IMG/VR virus record: IMGVR_UViG_2839031043_000001
Reading direction: 5' to 3' (one strand)
Length of the DNA stretch: 64,000 nt
Origin: an uncultured virus (IMG/VR IMGVR_UViG_2839031043_000001)
Taxonomy: Duplodnaviria > Heunggongvirae > Uroviricota > Caudoviricetes
Positions 29,701-41,311 of the stretch are shown here, in pieces. Made by a program: the position numbers and the translations under genes. Positions within the stretch are counted from its first letter, which is position 1. Each line of letters opens with the position of its first letter. The notes beneath the pieces are model-generated. The model made no database searches. It worked only from the letters and a program-made list of their open reading frames with translations, and was not told the origin of the DNA.

Positions 29701-32130
29701 TTAGATCTTTTGCTTGTGTAGCTGTGAACCCTTGCTTATTATTCATACGGTCTAGCACTTGCGTTAACTCATCAATCTTTTTTCCTTCATTATCAAAAAC
29801 CTCAGAGAGATTATTGTTCTTGAGTTCTTTTGTAGTGCTATTCATATCTTGAAGCTTTAGATTTACAGCAGTTAAGGCTTCGCCCAGAGTCTTAAATTGT
29901 ANNNNNNNNNNATGTTGATACCAGCAGTCTGAGCTAGATCTTTTAACTCTTGATCGATTTTACTAGGATCAAGTCGATCATTCATTTTAATTGGTGCATA
30001 CTTAGGGTTTATACGAGAACGCTTAGTTTGAAGATCATCTTGTTCCTTCTGAGCTTTTTGAACTTCTTGGAGCATGCTTTTTAACTTTTCAAGATTATCA
30101 ATTGTCTTCGTGTAGTCAAAAATCTGCTCACTCTTTGTACTTCCAATTACTCGAAGTGTTTCTTCAATTTCTTTTAATCGAGCATTGGCTTCAGTGGCAG
30201 CACTCTCAAGTTTCTTCAATTCTTCAACGTATTCTTTGTGCTTGCCCATAGTATAAACAATTGCTGCACCTAAGCCGACGATTGCGGCAGTAGCAAGTGC
30301 TACGGGATTAGCCATTAAAGTAAGAAACGAAGCACCTAGTCCACGAACTGCAATTGAAAGGGAGCCGAGCAAAGGTATCATTTGAGCAACTTTAGGTATA
30401 AAACCAGCAATAACAAGTGATAAACCTGTAACTCCAGTTTGCCAAGAGAAAATATAGGGCAGCAACTCAGTTACACCCTTTATTAGAGTGGAGGTTACAG
30501 ATAAAACACCATACATTGCATCTCGCAATCCGCCTTCGCCTATTGAGTAGGCTAATTCCTGACCTGCTGCTGTAACTTTATTTATAGCAGAGGAGAGGGA
30601 CTCCATGTGTTTTCGGTTTTCTTCCATGGAAGAGCCAAGGCTATTTTGAGAAGTTGCGGAAGCTTTACTAACTGTGTCCCAGTTATCTAAGAGAGCGATC
30701 ATACGGGTTATATGATATTTACCAGCAAGACTTTCTGCGACATAGGATTTTTGCGCTCTTGTCATTAAATCCCATTGTGAAGCTACATCTGCATAAACAT
30801 CTGTAGCAGAACGTAATTCTCCATTCACATCTTTAACAGCTACACCAATGGAAGCTAATGCTGTTTGGGTATTATCCATGTTGAGTCTTGCAAATACGGT
30901 TTTTAGCGAGTTACCAATTACATTACCTGATTCCCTTGTGGCTTGACCGATTGCAGTTGTCATACCAATAAGTTCATCGAGGGTTACACCGAAGGTTTGA
31001 GCGGATTCACCAGCTTTTGCAATTGATTGGGCAAGTCCAAGAGAGGTGACGCTGAAGTTGTTATCAACCTCATTAAGTTTATCAATTACTTTTGTAGACT
31101 CTTGGGCTGAAAGATTAAACTGAACTAAAGCACCTGTAAGATATTCTGCCATTTGCCCCGTCTTTAAGCCCGTCACATTTGCTCCTAATAGGGTGGCATT
31201 CGTCATTTGCAATGCTTGCTCTGCTTCAAATCCAGCTTTACCAAATTCAATTAATGCATCTTGAGCTTCAGTGAGTGAACGACCATAAGTATTTGCCAGT
31301 TCTACAGTATTACTCATCAACTCATTGAAGTTAGTGTCACTAGAGAGAACCTTGTACATTTCAGTAAGCTTTGTGTCAATATCTACGATGGTTGAAAGTA
31401 ATGCCTGTAGAGCTTGTTGAGCACCAAAAAAGATGCTACCAGCAGCACCCCAAAGAGCCATCTTATTGAATGCATGTCCCAATTGCTCTGTAAAAGAAAA
31501 AGTTGATTTCTTTGCATCCATTGCTGATGTACTAATTTGCCTAAATCGCTCATTCAATCGAGCCATTTCCTGTTGAAGTCTTGGAGTATTAACAGTTAAA
31601 CGTTGTACTTCCGCAGTCCATTCTCGAAGGGCTTGTTGGTCAACAAACTTACCTGCACTTTGAAGGAGCCTCGTTGAATTATAACTAGCTTTATCTTGAT
31701 ATACATTGAGTCCTAGTTGCGCTTTTGCTTGTTGGGTAGATAGGCGTTGATTAAGACGCTCTTCACGCAACTCACGATCCTTAAGTGATCTTGCCCACCA
31801 ATTAGCATAGTTTTCTGCTGCTTTTTGTTCTCTTTGTTGCTGCTGATTTTGTAACTGTTCAATTCGTCTTCTTATACGTTGTTCAGTTTGTAAAACCTGC
31901 TCACGCTGTTTTTCTTCTTTGGCAATTGCTCTTGCCCACCATTGTTCATAGTTAGTAGTCTGTCTGCGAATGGTGTCAGTAAGCAGTTTGAATTTTTCTG
32001 AGTTGAAGTTTATATTTACATTTACATTGTCTTTTTTTAAATTCTTAAGTTGCTGATTGATTTGCTTTTCTGTGTTTTTTAGGTCTAACTGACCTGTAAT
32101 TAGAATAGTAAGTTTATTATCTCTTGTCAC
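26711..32130 (-). CDS. Tape measure protein (~1800 aa; one gene broken by the N-gap at 29902-29911)
   Basis: TP901-type TMP core in the 752-aa part, long coiled coil in the 1044-aa part; the downstream frame stays open up to the gap (QFKTLGEALTAVNLKLQDM). Confidence 0.88.
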
Positions 32131-32280
32131 AATACCACATCCTTTCAGGTGAAATAAAAAATCACCATCTAGGTGAGTGGTGATTGGAGTAGACTATTGA
32201 ATAAAATTAGAATTTGATTTGAAAATGTACTCAAGACTGTCAGTAGGGGAGAGAGGTCTACTGACACTTTTAAATACACA

Positions 32281-33237
32281 TTATGAGAAAGCATCATCTA
32301 ATTCATCATCAGTTTCTTTAATTACATAAATTTTAGTTGTTTCTGAACTTTCATGTCCTAAAAGGGCTTGGGCAGACTCAATGTTTTTTCCGCTCAATAC
32401 AAGGTGAGTAGCTCTTGTAGACCTAAGCTGATGGGGATGAACTCGTCTTCCAACAATTGCTGTGAAAATTTCAGAGCACCAATAATTAAAGGTTGTCGGG
32501 TTGACCTGATTTACTTTACCTTCTTGAGTTTTTTTAACAAAGACATACGGACACTCATCTTCACCACGAACAGCAATCCATTTTTTTATTGCATCCATGG
32601 CTTGATCATCAAATACCAATTTACGCTGCTTACCTTGTTTGCTTCTACCTTTGCACCGAATAGTATGGGTTAGGTAATAGGGCTTTCCCTTAACTTTCGA
32701 ATAGTCAACGACTTCTTTCAATAACTGACGGACTTCTTCACGCCTTGCGCCAGTTGAGTATGAGAATTGTATATATGCAAGCATTTGCCATTCTTCACGT
32801 TCCTCAAGGGTTTTAATTAACAATTGAAGTTCTTCTTCGGTCAAAGGCTTCTTTTCATTTTTAAGTGCTTTTGGGGGATTAGGGATTTGCTTATTGTAGA
32901 TGTTTCTAAAAAGGGGATAATCTTCTCCATAGTACAGTTCAACAAATCCACAGAGACTTGAAACAACAGATCGCTTTAATTTAACAGCACTGGATGAAAG
33001 TCCACGAGCCATGAGAAAATTTTGATATTTCAGAGCATCCCTAGCTTTTAATTCATAAATAGGCTTGTTCATACATTGATCATGTACAAACCTAAAGAAG
33101 ATTCTCAAAGCACTGCGGTATTGGGTGAGCGTCTTATCAGATAGATGCTGTTGATTTAAGAACTCTTCGGTGATGGTTTGATTAAATTCTTTGACCAATG
33201 CCCATTCCTGTTCTGTTACTTCTGTTAGTTTTTGCAT
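32281..33237 (-). CDS. Tyrosine recombinase embedded in the tail operon (SPbeta YomM-like)
   Basis: TGARREE, HPHQLR, LLGH, TKIY: full catalytic set. Confidence 0.9.
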   Translation of the reverse strand: MQKLTEVTEQEWALVKEFNQTITEEFLNQQHLSDKTLTQYRSALRIFFRFVHDQCMNKPIYELKARDALKYQNFLMARGLSSSAVKLKRSVVSSLCGFVELYYGEDYPLFRNIYNKQIPNPPKALKNEKKPLTEEELQLLIKTLEEREEWQMLAYIQFSYSTGARREEVRQLLKEVVDYSKVKGKPYYLTHTIRCKGRSKQGKQRKLVFDDQAMDAIKKWIAVRGEDECPYVFVKKTQEGKVNQVNPTTFNYWCSEIFTAIVGRRVHPHQLRSTRATHLVLSGKNIESAQALLGHESSETTKIYVIKETDDELDDAFS

Positions 33238-33246
33238 TCAATTCAC

Positions 33247-33678
33247 CTACTTAACATCTAGACCCTTCTTGCGAAGGCTCTTTTTTAATTCCTCGACATG
33301 AGTATTTTTCTGGACAAGCTCATCTTTTGTTCTTTCAACAAAAGGACGTTTCTGTTTGGTCTTATAAATTTCCGAACCTTTCCAGCTATATCCATTACCA
33401 GTTTCAATAATTGCAGGAATGTATCGTCCATTTTCCTCACGGGTGGGGGATACTTCAACTCCATTTTGAATAGCTGTAACCTCAATTTCTTTTGCAAGTC
33501 TTCCAGTGCGCTCATATTCAGTAGGAGTGTACTCATCATAAGCATCTTCAACAACATGCATTTGCATGACTTGTTTTACTTTGTTTCCAACATCCGTTGA
33601 TAATGATTGATTTGTAACTTTATTAAGATACTTGGCTATTTCATTTAGATTGCTAAATGCTTGTGATATAGGTATCAA
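33247..33678 (-). CDS. HK97-gp10-like tail completion protein
   Basis: YERTGRL...RPFVE motif. Confidence 0.6.
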   Translation of the reverse strand: MIPISQAFSNLNEIAKYLNKVTNQSLSTDVGNKVKQVMQMHVVEDAYDEYTPTEYERTGRLAKEIEVTAIQNGVEVSPTREENGRYIPAIIETGNGYSWKGSEIYKTKQKRPFVERTKDELVQKNTHVEELKKSLRKKGLDVK

Positions 33679-34142
33679 CTCCCATTATTCTGCTCTTTTA
33701 ATTCATCCATAACTTTACGAAGCTCTACGTCCCATTGGGCAACTTGATCGTTAACATGATCAATCATGGACTGTAATTCAACTCGATCAAAAGAATTTAG
33801 AATAGGTGAGAGGTAGTCATTATCAGTCATAATAATGAAAAGTTCTACATAGTCATCAAGGGTTTTAAGATCTTTAACATCTATAGTTGTGAAGTGTTTG
33901 ATAATAAGGCTGACCATAGCAGCAGAAATCATTTCACCTGAAACTGATTCACTTTTTTGTGCTTTTTCTTGTGAAAGTTTATACAGGTCAGCAATTACTT
34001 GATTTCTTTTACTTGGTCTGAATACAAGATCGAGTTCTACTTTAGTGGCTCCATCATTAAACAAGACTTGTTTTTTATCTTTAAATTTCTTAGCATCTTC
34101 TTTTTTAAGGTGTGAGAAAGATAGGTTTTTTACTGTTGCCAT
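33675..34142 (-). CDS. Putative tail assembly chaperone
   Basis: Position between tail tube and TMP; size. Confidence 0.45.
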   Translation of the reverse strand: MATVKNLSFSHLKKEDAKKFKDKKQVLFNDGATKVELDLVFRPSKRNQVIADLYKLSQEKAQKSESVSGEMISAAMVSLIIKHFTTIDVKDLKTLDDYVELFIIMTDNDYLSPILNSFDRVELQSMIDHVNDQVAQWDVELRKVMDELKEQNNGS

Positions 34143-34174
34143 TTCAAATTACCTCCCTAATTTGATTGATCTGT

Positions 34175-34603
34175 TTAGTTTGTATAGTTTAGTCGTTCGA
34201 AAGCTTCGCAGTATCGATCATATTGAAAAGCTTCTTGACCACTTAAAGGAATAGCAAGGTTGGTTAAAATGTCGCCAACAGTCAAAAGCATGTCTCGATT
34301 TGTTTCAGATTCTTCAATAACAAACTCTTCAAACATTAGAAGATTAAGTTCATTGTTAAAGGAATCAATATCATTCAAATGGTATTTAACTTGACTCTCA
34401 TCAATAGTTTCAACCAATGGTTTTCCGTTATCGTCTTTCTTTGAAAACTCAAGAATCAAGCGTTCACGCTGCTCGATGATATCATTGATCTGTTCACCAA
34501 TAAGTTTGCAAAATCGAGTTCGCATTCTGTTCTGTTTACCAACAAGTTCTAACGATATAAGGAAATCAAATAGATGTTTCAATTCGAAGTTGTAAAACTT
34601 CAT
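34175..34603 (-). CDS. DUF1617-like phage protein
   Basis: 'L.G.QNRMRTRF.K......R..LI.EF.KKD..G' pattern. Confidence 0.55.
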   Translation of the reverse strand: MKFYNFELKHLFDFLISLELVGKQNRMRTRFCKLIGEQINDIIEQRERLILEFSKKDDNGKPLVETIDESQVKYHLNDIDSFNNELNLLMFEEFVIEESETNRDMLLTVGDILTNLAIPLSGQEAFQYDRYCEAFERLNYTN

Positions 34604-34663
34604 TATTTACCTCCCTAAAATGAGCGAGTGGAGGATTACCCCCCACTCGTATTTTTTTATATT

Positions 34664-35440
34664 TTATTCGCCATAGAGAACAATATCGTATAGTGTATCT
34701 TTGTAAGATCCATCAACAATGACTTTTTGAGGGAAAATATCAAAAACCATAGATAAAGTCGTTGGATCTCCAGTTGGAGAGAAATTTAAGGTGAAATTTG
34801 GTTGGAGTCGTGCTTTATAGTATGTTAATTGACCAGATACAATATCTGTTGCAACTTCATCTGTATAAACAGTATCTCCAATGATTTTTACATATTTAGG
34901 GAAGTCACCAGAAGTAATACTCAACCTTTGGGCTTCAGTTGTTGTTTCAAATTGATAAAACACTTCCACTTCATCACCTGCAACAACTTTTCCTGATGTT
35001 AACTCCACGTCTTTTGTTTTAATGGCAGTAGGTACGATTTCATCCGTTGCAACACCATTTTCAAACAAAACGACAGTCATACTTGTGAGATTTAGAGGAG
35101 TTTTTTCCAAAGTGATTGTCAGTGCACCTGCCTTATCTACAACAGGTACTACTTCGCGTCTAAAGATACTTCTTACGCCTTTCTCGATTTCACGCCCTGC
35201 GAACATTGCTAAATGTTTCATGGTGAAAATTTGAGTCTCAAAAGTCAATGTACTTTGCTTACTACCAAAGAAACTGATACGCCTTGGAGCACCATCACCA
35301 CCTGTTGCATAAACAACGTCTGCGGTTGTCTCTTGAGAGGCAGTATTCGCGTAGTCCATATGCATAAATGGCTTTCCAGTTGCGTAATCAAAAATTGTTG
35401 GGTTTAGAATTGCCCGTGAACCATAACGTCCAGCTTTCAT
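34664..35440 (-). CDS. Major tail tube protein
   Basis: Position; 'YATGG.G.P', 'F.L.FS.TGDP.T.SM.FD' typical of SPbeta-like tail tubes. Confidence 0.7.
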   Translation of the reverse strand: MKAGRYGSRAILNPTIFDYATGKPFMHMDYANTASQETTADVVYATGGDGAPRRISFFGSKQSTLTFETQIFTMKHLAMFAGREIEKGVRSIFRREVVPVVDKAGALTITLEKTPLNLTSMTVVLFENGVATDEIVPTAIKTKDVELTSGKVVAGDEVEVFYQFETTTEAQRLSITSGDFPKYVKIIGDTVYTDEVATDIVSGQLTYYKARLQPNFTLNFSPTGDPTTLSMVFDIFPQKVIVDGSYKDTLYDIVLYGE

Positions 35441-35487
35441 TCAGTTACCTCCTGATAATAAAAAGAGTGACCATATGGTCACTTAAA

Positions 35488-36191
35488 TTAAAGTTTTGTT
35501 TTGACTAACCAATCTTGTAATTTAATGTCTTCTTTTAAATGTCCATTTGCCCAAACTTGTAACATTCTTCGGTGTGATTCCTTTACTGATAATCTTTCAA
35601 AATGCTCGTATAGCTGATAAATGGTCAAATCTCCAATATTAANNNNNNNNNNACGTTGATTCCATTACCCTCTGCATTGCACAAGATAGAACAAATATCT
35701 TTTAAAGAAAGGTTTTCATTAACGTTATATTTTTGTTCCATTTCTTTCATCAGATAGTAATTTTTCTCTGCTGTTTTATTTCGAAATTTAGGCTTTTCTT
35801 TTTCTTGAATTCCATTAAGCTCTTGGATTACTCTTGATATTTCTTTGTAATTATCTAAAGATACCAAGGTTAGACCATCTATCAGAAACATGTCATTTAG
35901 AAAGATAACATTGCTACCAGCAAAGAAAGTGAGTGCTCTTTCAATCTCAGATACTAACGGTGTGGATATCAAAAAATTATAGTCATCATATTCTTGGATT
36001 TCCTCCATCTCTTCAAATGATGGATTGAAAAGAGCCTTAATCAGCTCATCTTTATTAAACGATGCCAAAGACAAATAGAAGTTGTACATGCCTTCACCAA
36101 TTTCTGCGATTGATCGTACAGTAGGTGATTTGATCTTGCAGTTTGTATCAGTTGAAAAAGGCATTCCAAGGAACATTTGCAACCTATCCAT
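35488..36191 (-). CDS. Hypothetical structural protein (extends past the N-gap to 35488)
   Basis: Frame after the gap: ..NIGDLTIYQLYEHF..DWLVKTKL*. Confidence 0.6.
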
Positions 36192-36199
36192 AAGATCAC

Positions 36200-36673
36200 C
36201 TAGTTGAACTCAACTAAACGATATGCAATATATACGCCCATGTACTTTTCATTTATAGAGAGTTCGTCCATTTCAAAAAACTCCACTTTCCCAATTCCAA
36301 TCCCTTGTGTACTATTCATCAACTTATCAATTTGATTTATGAGAAAATCTGTTCTCAGAACGCCATAATCAGTCTTCATGAGATCTTGATGGACTAATAC
36401 ATGTATATAAATTACTCCTGACTTAAACGAGTTTCGAATAGGACGGTAATTATTGAAGGAAAGTGTTATGAAAGAAGTTTTATCATTATTAAAATCTGGA
36501 ATCTTTTTGTATGGAAATACTTGTTCGTAAATAAGACTTGAGGTATCTTCGATGTCAGGCTGATCAAGAAAGCCAGTATCTGAATATTTAAGCGCCTTGC
36601 AGATATCTTGTGATGATAAAATTCTTTGCATCACTGTAAGCTTATCAGCACTAAGTTTTTCTAGTCTCGACAC
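36200..36673 (-). CDS. Putative tail terminator / head-tail protein
   Basis: Position; 'RTD.L...ID..MN..GIG' pattern. Confidence 0.5.
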   Translation of the reverse strand: MSRLEKLSADKLTVMQRILSSQDICKALKYSDTGFLDQPDIEDTSSLIYEQVFPYKKIPDFNNDKTSFITLSFNNYRPIRNSFKSGVIYIHVLVHQDLMKTDYGVLRTDFLINQIDKLMNSTQGIGIGKVEFFEMDELSINEKYMGVYIAYRLVEFN

Positions 36674-36686
36674 TTTATCACCTCAG

Positions 36687-37220
36687 CTAATTGACAATAA
36701 AATTATGAACTAATTCGTAGCGAAGAAACCCATCAGAGTTAGTATCTCTACTCATATCAAGTGTCTTAATAATGTTCATAGCTTGCTCAAGTGTTACAGG
36801 AGTAGTGGCATGTACTTCTTCATCTGTGCTGTCTCTTGCAATAAGAGTGTAGTTATCAGCATCTAGTTTCAAATTGCCCAGCTCATAAGTAACCTGTACA
36901 TTTTTCAAGGCAGCAGTCGCATCAGCTTTGGTGGCATGAGTTGCTTTAGCAAAGGCGAGTTTAATCTTATTATCAGTTCCAATGGCAAAGGCATAGTTAG
37001 TTCCTGTAAGTACCACATCTAGATCGGCTTCAACAATTTCAGTTGCAGTAATACCATCGAATTGAATGTGTCCATCAATTCCACTACTATTTTGCTTAGA
37101 GTAGGGAAGTGGCTTAAAGACCAAGTAGTTGTTATTTGCGCCAGTGTTAACAAAGGCTTCTACAGAAAGGCTAGTCAGCCGAATGTTGGCTTGTCCCATA
37201 GCAATCACTCCTATATCCAT
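36687..37220 (-). CDS. Hypothetical structural protein
   Basis: ORF in the late operon; probable start at MGQANI after GGAG. Confidence 0.6.
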   Translation of the reverse strand: MDIGVIAMGQANIRLTSLSVEAFVNTGANNNYLVFKPLPYSKQNSSGIDGHIQFDGITATEIVEADLDVVLTGTNYAFAIGTDNKIKLAFAKATHATKADATAALKNVQVTYELGNLKLDADNYTLIARDSTDEEVHATTPVTLEQAMNIIKTLDMSRDTNSDGFLRYELVHNFIVN

Positions 37221-38482
37221 GATTTAATTTTGATTTCTTTTTTGTTGGTTATTAATCCATTCTGATTGCTTACATTTAAGACAATCTTTCCAATTGCCTT
37301 TCCTGCTATGATTTCACATGTAGTATTATCGATAGGCATTAAAGTTGCTAATTGAGTAGGCGTACCATCTAATGAAGTTATTGAGAATGTAGCAATATCA
37401 CTTATTGGTTCTCCATTATTAAAGAAAGATACTTGATATTTTTGAGATTTGTCAATTTTAATCTCATCGCTTCCAGAGATATCAAGGGTATAGTTATATG
37501 TTCTTCGGTCAGTTACGTTTATATTAATAGAAGATGATACATCCTTGTAGGTGATATGAACAATTGCCTCACCCTTGCCAACTGCTTGAATCAGTCCAGT
37601 CTCAGACACAGTTGCAATACTATCGTTTGATGAAGAAAAGTGGAGTAGGGGGGAGAGGATATCAAGTCCTCTGTTAATAACTCGAATTTTTAGCTGCAAT
37701 GTATCATCTAAAGCTAGACTGTTTGTAGAGCCATTCAACACTAAAACCTCATAGTCAGCTACTTTGCCGTAATAATCAGCAATTCTAAGTGCAAGGTTGT
37801 CGACGGAACTATTTATTTGGTCTTCTTCAACAGTTAACTCAAGGAGTCCAGTTGTTAAACCATCAAAACCAACAACCTTCCAGCAGCGCCTATCAAAGAT
37901 GAATCGTTGACCTTTGTCAATTCCCAGTGTATCTTCATTAGCTTGAACAAGAATATTACGTCTTTCTTTTGATAAAATCATAATTTTATCTTCTTCAAGA
38001 GGATAGGCTGAAGAGGTTGATTTTTGAGTAAATGGAGTTTCCTTAATGACACCTGACAAGTTTAACCATTTCAAGGTTCCTTGAGTAATTTGCATAACAT
38101 TTAAATCATATTGATCTCTTGTTTTCAAGGTGTTCATAATAATGAAAGTTTTCTTATCTATGAGGGGATCGTGAGAGAACTCAACAATATCCCCAGTTCT
38201 AATGTTGTCATTACGCTTTGTCCATACCTCATGATGAAAACTTCTTTGGGCACTTTTGACATTTGCTTTAGATGGAAGGTTACCGTAATCAACAACACAT
38301 TTATAAGAAATTCCATCCTTGATTAACTCATTGACTCGATTAGAACTAAAAATGATATCGAAAGTGGAGATAGCGCTGCTGTTTTGCTGAGAGTATCTAT
38401 CTGCAAGTTTATCTAGAAAGCCATTATTGAAAGACCCACCCTCAACATACTTTTTGAAATTGCGGATTTCATCAATCTTCAT
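37211..38482 (-). CDS. Head-tail joining protein with a Big_2 Ig-like domain
   Basis: 'FSSSNDSIATVSETGLIQAVGKGEAIV' Big_2 signature. Confidence 0.7.
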   Translation of the reverse strand: MKIDEIRNFKKYVEGGSFNNGFLDKLADRYSQQNSSAISTFDIIFSSNRVNELIKDGISYKCVVDYGNLPSKANVKSAQRSFHHEVWTKRNDNIRTGDIVEFSHDPLIDKKTFIIMNTLKTRDQYDLNVMQITQGTLKWLNLSGVIKETPFTQKSTSSAYPLEEDKIMILSKERRNILVQANEDTLGIDKGQRFIFDRRCWKVVGFDGLTTGLLELTVEEDQINSSVDNLALRIADYYGKVADYEVLVLNGSTNSLALDDTLQLKIRVINRGLDILSPLLHFSSSNDSIATVSETGLIQAVGKGEAIVHITYKDVSSSININVTDRRTYNYTLDISGSDEIKIDKSQKYQVSFFNNGEPISDIATFSITSLDGTPTQLATLMPIDNTTCEIIAGKAIGKIVLNVSNQNGLITNKKEIKIKSWI

Positions 38483-38965
38483 TTAGATGTCACCTAAATA
38501 GATACTTTTATACTTCCACGTTAATCTGTCCCTTGCGAAGTAATTTTGTACCGCATTTATTGTCGATGTCTCAACCTTTTCAATCATATCCAAAGTAGTA
38601 CGCCTTTCATTTGCAGGGGAGAAGACATTTAATTCATTACTTTTAAATGTCAAACTCAAGGTCTTGATTTTATTCCGTTGCTCCTCAATGTAAGAAAAGT
38701 ACATGATATCAGATAGTAAATCGATTTCCTGCACTACAAGGTCAATGTTAAATTGTTGTATGGTGTCATCTTTGTCATACAAATTGATATCAGGTTCACC
38801 ATATTTGTAAATGAAACCTACTGCGCGATCAATCAATGAATGGAGATGGAAGTTGACCATCTCTTCAATTTCCGACTCAGGTAAATTACCGTAATTAAAG
38901 AAGTCATCATCATTTTTGATTTTGCCGATAAATTTTTTAGTTAACAGATCATAAGAAGTTGACAC
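38483..38965 (-). CDS. Putative head-tail adaptor
   Basis: Position after the capsid; 'FSPAN' motif of SPbeta-like adaptors. Confidence 0.5.
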   Translation of the reverse strand: MSTSYDLLTKKFIGKIKNDDDFFNYGNLPESEIEEMVNFHLHSLIDRAVGFIYKYGEPDINLYDKDDTIQQFNIDLVVQEIDLLSDIMYFSYIEEQRNKIKTLSLTFKSNELNVFSPANERRTTLDMIEKVETSTINAVQNYFARDRLTWKYKSIYLGDI

Positions 38966-38975
38966 TAAAAATCAC

Positions 38976-39713
38976 CTACTTGTCTTTAGGTGGTCGTCCA
39001 ACTTGCTTTTTATTATCATCCGTAGCATTGGCAGCCTGTTTAACCTCTGACAAACTATCTACTTTAGCCAATAGATCTTCTATAGCAGCTTGTGATTTTG
39101 AAAGGAGAACATCTTTTTGTTTTGTTTCTTGTTCAAGAGTTTCGACCTTTTTCATTAGCTGATCTAACGTTTCTTGAAGCTTACCTTCTTGTTGTGCTTT
39201 TTTATCCAATTCCATAATTCGATTAATTTCACTGTCTGGATTTCGCTTGCCACCATTTTTTAATTCACTTAACCGCTCACTTACCACGGCAGTAATTGTA
39301 TGTGGAGGCATTTTCCCAGTTCGTTCCATAGTAAACAACTTGGATTTCATTCGCGTTAAAAGACTTAATGACTTCAAAGAGCTAATTCGCTTAATGACAT
39401 CAATAGAGTCATTCGTTAGCAAATCAAATAATTGCTTATCACTTAGGATGTTTTCTTTGTCCTCAATGCCTAACTTGAGATAAATCTCATCCTCTTCGTC
39501 AGGATGAAATCGGAGACGTCCAACTTTAAAAAGGTCTGATTTACTATTTTCAATTTCGATATCATCAAATGCAACTCGTTCAATAACAAAGTCTTCATTT
39601 TCATCTCGTCCTCGAATGAAGACGCCTTGTTGGTTGTGCTGACTAGGAAATCCAACAGGAGATTGTTCGTAATTCAGTACTCTGATCTTTCCATTTAAAA
39701 TATCTAATGACAT
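38976..39713 (-). CDS. Head-module protein (YonA-like position)
   Basis: ORF just after the capsid; C-terminal coiled coil and GRPP tail. Confidence 0.55.
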   Translation of the reverse strand: MSLDILNGKIRVLNYEQSPVGFPSQHNQQGVFIRGRDENEDFVIERVAFDDIEIENSKSDLFKVGRLRFHPDEEDEIYLKLGIEDKENILSDKQLFDLLTNDSIDVIKRISSLKSLSLLTRMKSKLFTMERTGKMPPHTITAVVSERLSELKNGGKRNPDSEINRIMELDKKAQQEGKLQETLDQLMKKVETLEQETKQKDVLLSKSQAAIEDLLAKVDSLSEVKQAANATDDNKKQVGRPPKDK

Positions 39714-39788
39714 TCAGCTATCCTCCCAAAAAAGAAAGAGGGCACATCGTTAATTAAAATTTGTGCCCTATAATTTTAGTCAATTTAA

Positions 39789-40793
39789 TTAGGAAAAGGT
39801 AATACGAGAAAGTTTATCGAGGTAGTAAATAGTGTATTCGAAGTCATACCCTGTAAATTTCAAATCAACTTTTTCAGCATTGTTGTCATAAGTCTCATAG
39901 AGACGCATTTCGCCGCGCATTTGTGCATCACCAATGATACCAGCAATACCGAAGATACGCTTGTCTGGAATGAGCGTGTTTCCTTTTGTGGTCTTTTTAG
40001 CGGTTGGAACAGAGGAGAGACGCACACCGTCAAACATTGCAAGGCGACCCACGCGATTCAACTCATCTTTAAGGTCGTTACTTAGATAGGTTTCATAGCC
40101 ACTCATGCGAGCCATACCATCAATGTACTTGGACAAACCAATCATAAATGGATTACCTTCAGACATATCACGGAGATAGCGAGCAAGAGTCTCAGTGCTG
40201 GTTTGGGTAAGAGTGGAGCCTGTGTCGATATTCTGTTCACCTGTAAGCGAGTCGAGAGCAGCATCAACACCAGCAAATAGACGATTAAACATTTCTTGCT
40301 CAAATGCTTCACGAGTGAATTCAGTCATCTTAGCGATAGATTTCCAGCCATTTCTACGAAGATCAGAATAATTTAACTCAGTTTCAACTTGAAGCTTATG
40401 TTTAACTGGTTGGAAAATGCTAGGATCAACATAGCTCTTAGGTACATTGCCACCTCGAACCGCATCATATGCTTTAATAGTGTTCTTAGGTAGACCTGTG
40501 TACACTGTTTCATCAAATTCACCGATGGAACCCATATTAAAGATATTTGACAAAATGCTTGTATCAGGTTGGAATACTAGGGGTTCAACTGTGCGCTTGA
40601 CCAATTCAGAAATGAGAGTTGTGTTTTCAGATGTCTTTCCAGATGTACCAATTTCCTTGGCGAATACATCCAGTACCTCAATCATTTCCTTATCGCTTGA
40701 ATCAAGTTGATTATTTTTATGTCTTTGAGAAAGCTCGATGATATTTTTTTCTTGCATAGCCGAAGCAATTTCAGTGTTAAAAAGTTTAGACAT
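39789..40793 (-). CDS. Major capsid protein (YonB-like)
   Basis: 334 aa, strong RBS, downstream of scaffold and decoration genes. Confidence 0.75.
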   Translation of the reverse strand: MSKLFNTEIASAMQEKNIIELSQRHKNNQLDSSDKEMIEVLDVFAKEIGTSGKTSENTTLISELVKRTVEPLVFQPDTSILSNIFNMGSIGEFDETVYTGLPKNTIKAYDAVRGGNVPKSYVDPSIFQPVKHKLQVETELNYSDLRRNGWKSIAKMTEFTREAFEQEMFNRLFAGVDAALDSLTGEQNIDTGSTLTQTSTETLARYLRDMSEGNPFMIGLSKYIDGMARMSGYETYLSNDLKDELNRVGRLAMFDGVRLSSVPTAKKTTKGNTLIPDKRIFGIAGIIGDAQMRGEMRLYETYDNNAEKVDLKFTGYDFEYTIYYLDKLSRITFS

Positions 40794-40818
40794 TGTGATA
40801 AATCCTCCTTAAATATAA

Positions 40819-41283
40819 TTAGGCAACAGTAACTGGATACACAACTTCAAACTGGTGAAGTGTTTTAGTTCCATCGATGTATTGACCGACATACTTGTAG
40901 ATTGAAATTTTACCTGCTGTAGCTTTAACCAACTTACCTGCATTCGCTGCTGTTCCAGCAACCAAATAGTCCCCTGCATTCAAACCAGTGGGTACGATTT
41001 GATCAATTGCCCATTGTGTACCTACTGCTGGTTTCACAAGGACAGCGTATGTATTAGCTTTTACAGTATCCATAGCATCTTCATAAGCAGAGATTTCAAC
41101 ATCACTCAAGTGACCCATAGGTTGGGAGTCGAAGTCAACCAAATATGTATCAACTGCAACATCAGATGCTTTATCTGCAACTTTTGTTCCAATATTTTTA
41201 GTTACTACAGTGCCTCGTTTGACATCAGAAGAGACTTTATAGATTTCTGTTGTTTTTGAACCAGTAATTACATTACGTAGCAT
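40819..41283 (-). CDS. Head decoration/cement protein (YonC-like)
   Basis: Position between scaffold and capsid. Confidence 0.55.
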   Translation of the reverse strand: MLRNVITGSKTTEIYKVSSDVKRGTVVTKNIGTKVADKASDVAVDTYLVDFDSQPMGHLSDVEISAYEDAMDTVKANTYAVLVKPAVGTQWAIDQIVPTGLNAGDYLVAGTAANAGKLVKATAGKISIYKYVGQYIDGTKTLHQFEVVYPVTVA

Positions 41284-41311
41284 AGTTGTTCCTCCTAAAT
41301 TATTTTAACTA

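Noticed and set aside
29846..29911. Apparent split or programmed frameshift of the tape measure gene
   Set aside because: The break coincides with a 10-N scaffold gap and the downstream frame is open up to the gap, so it is an assembly artefact
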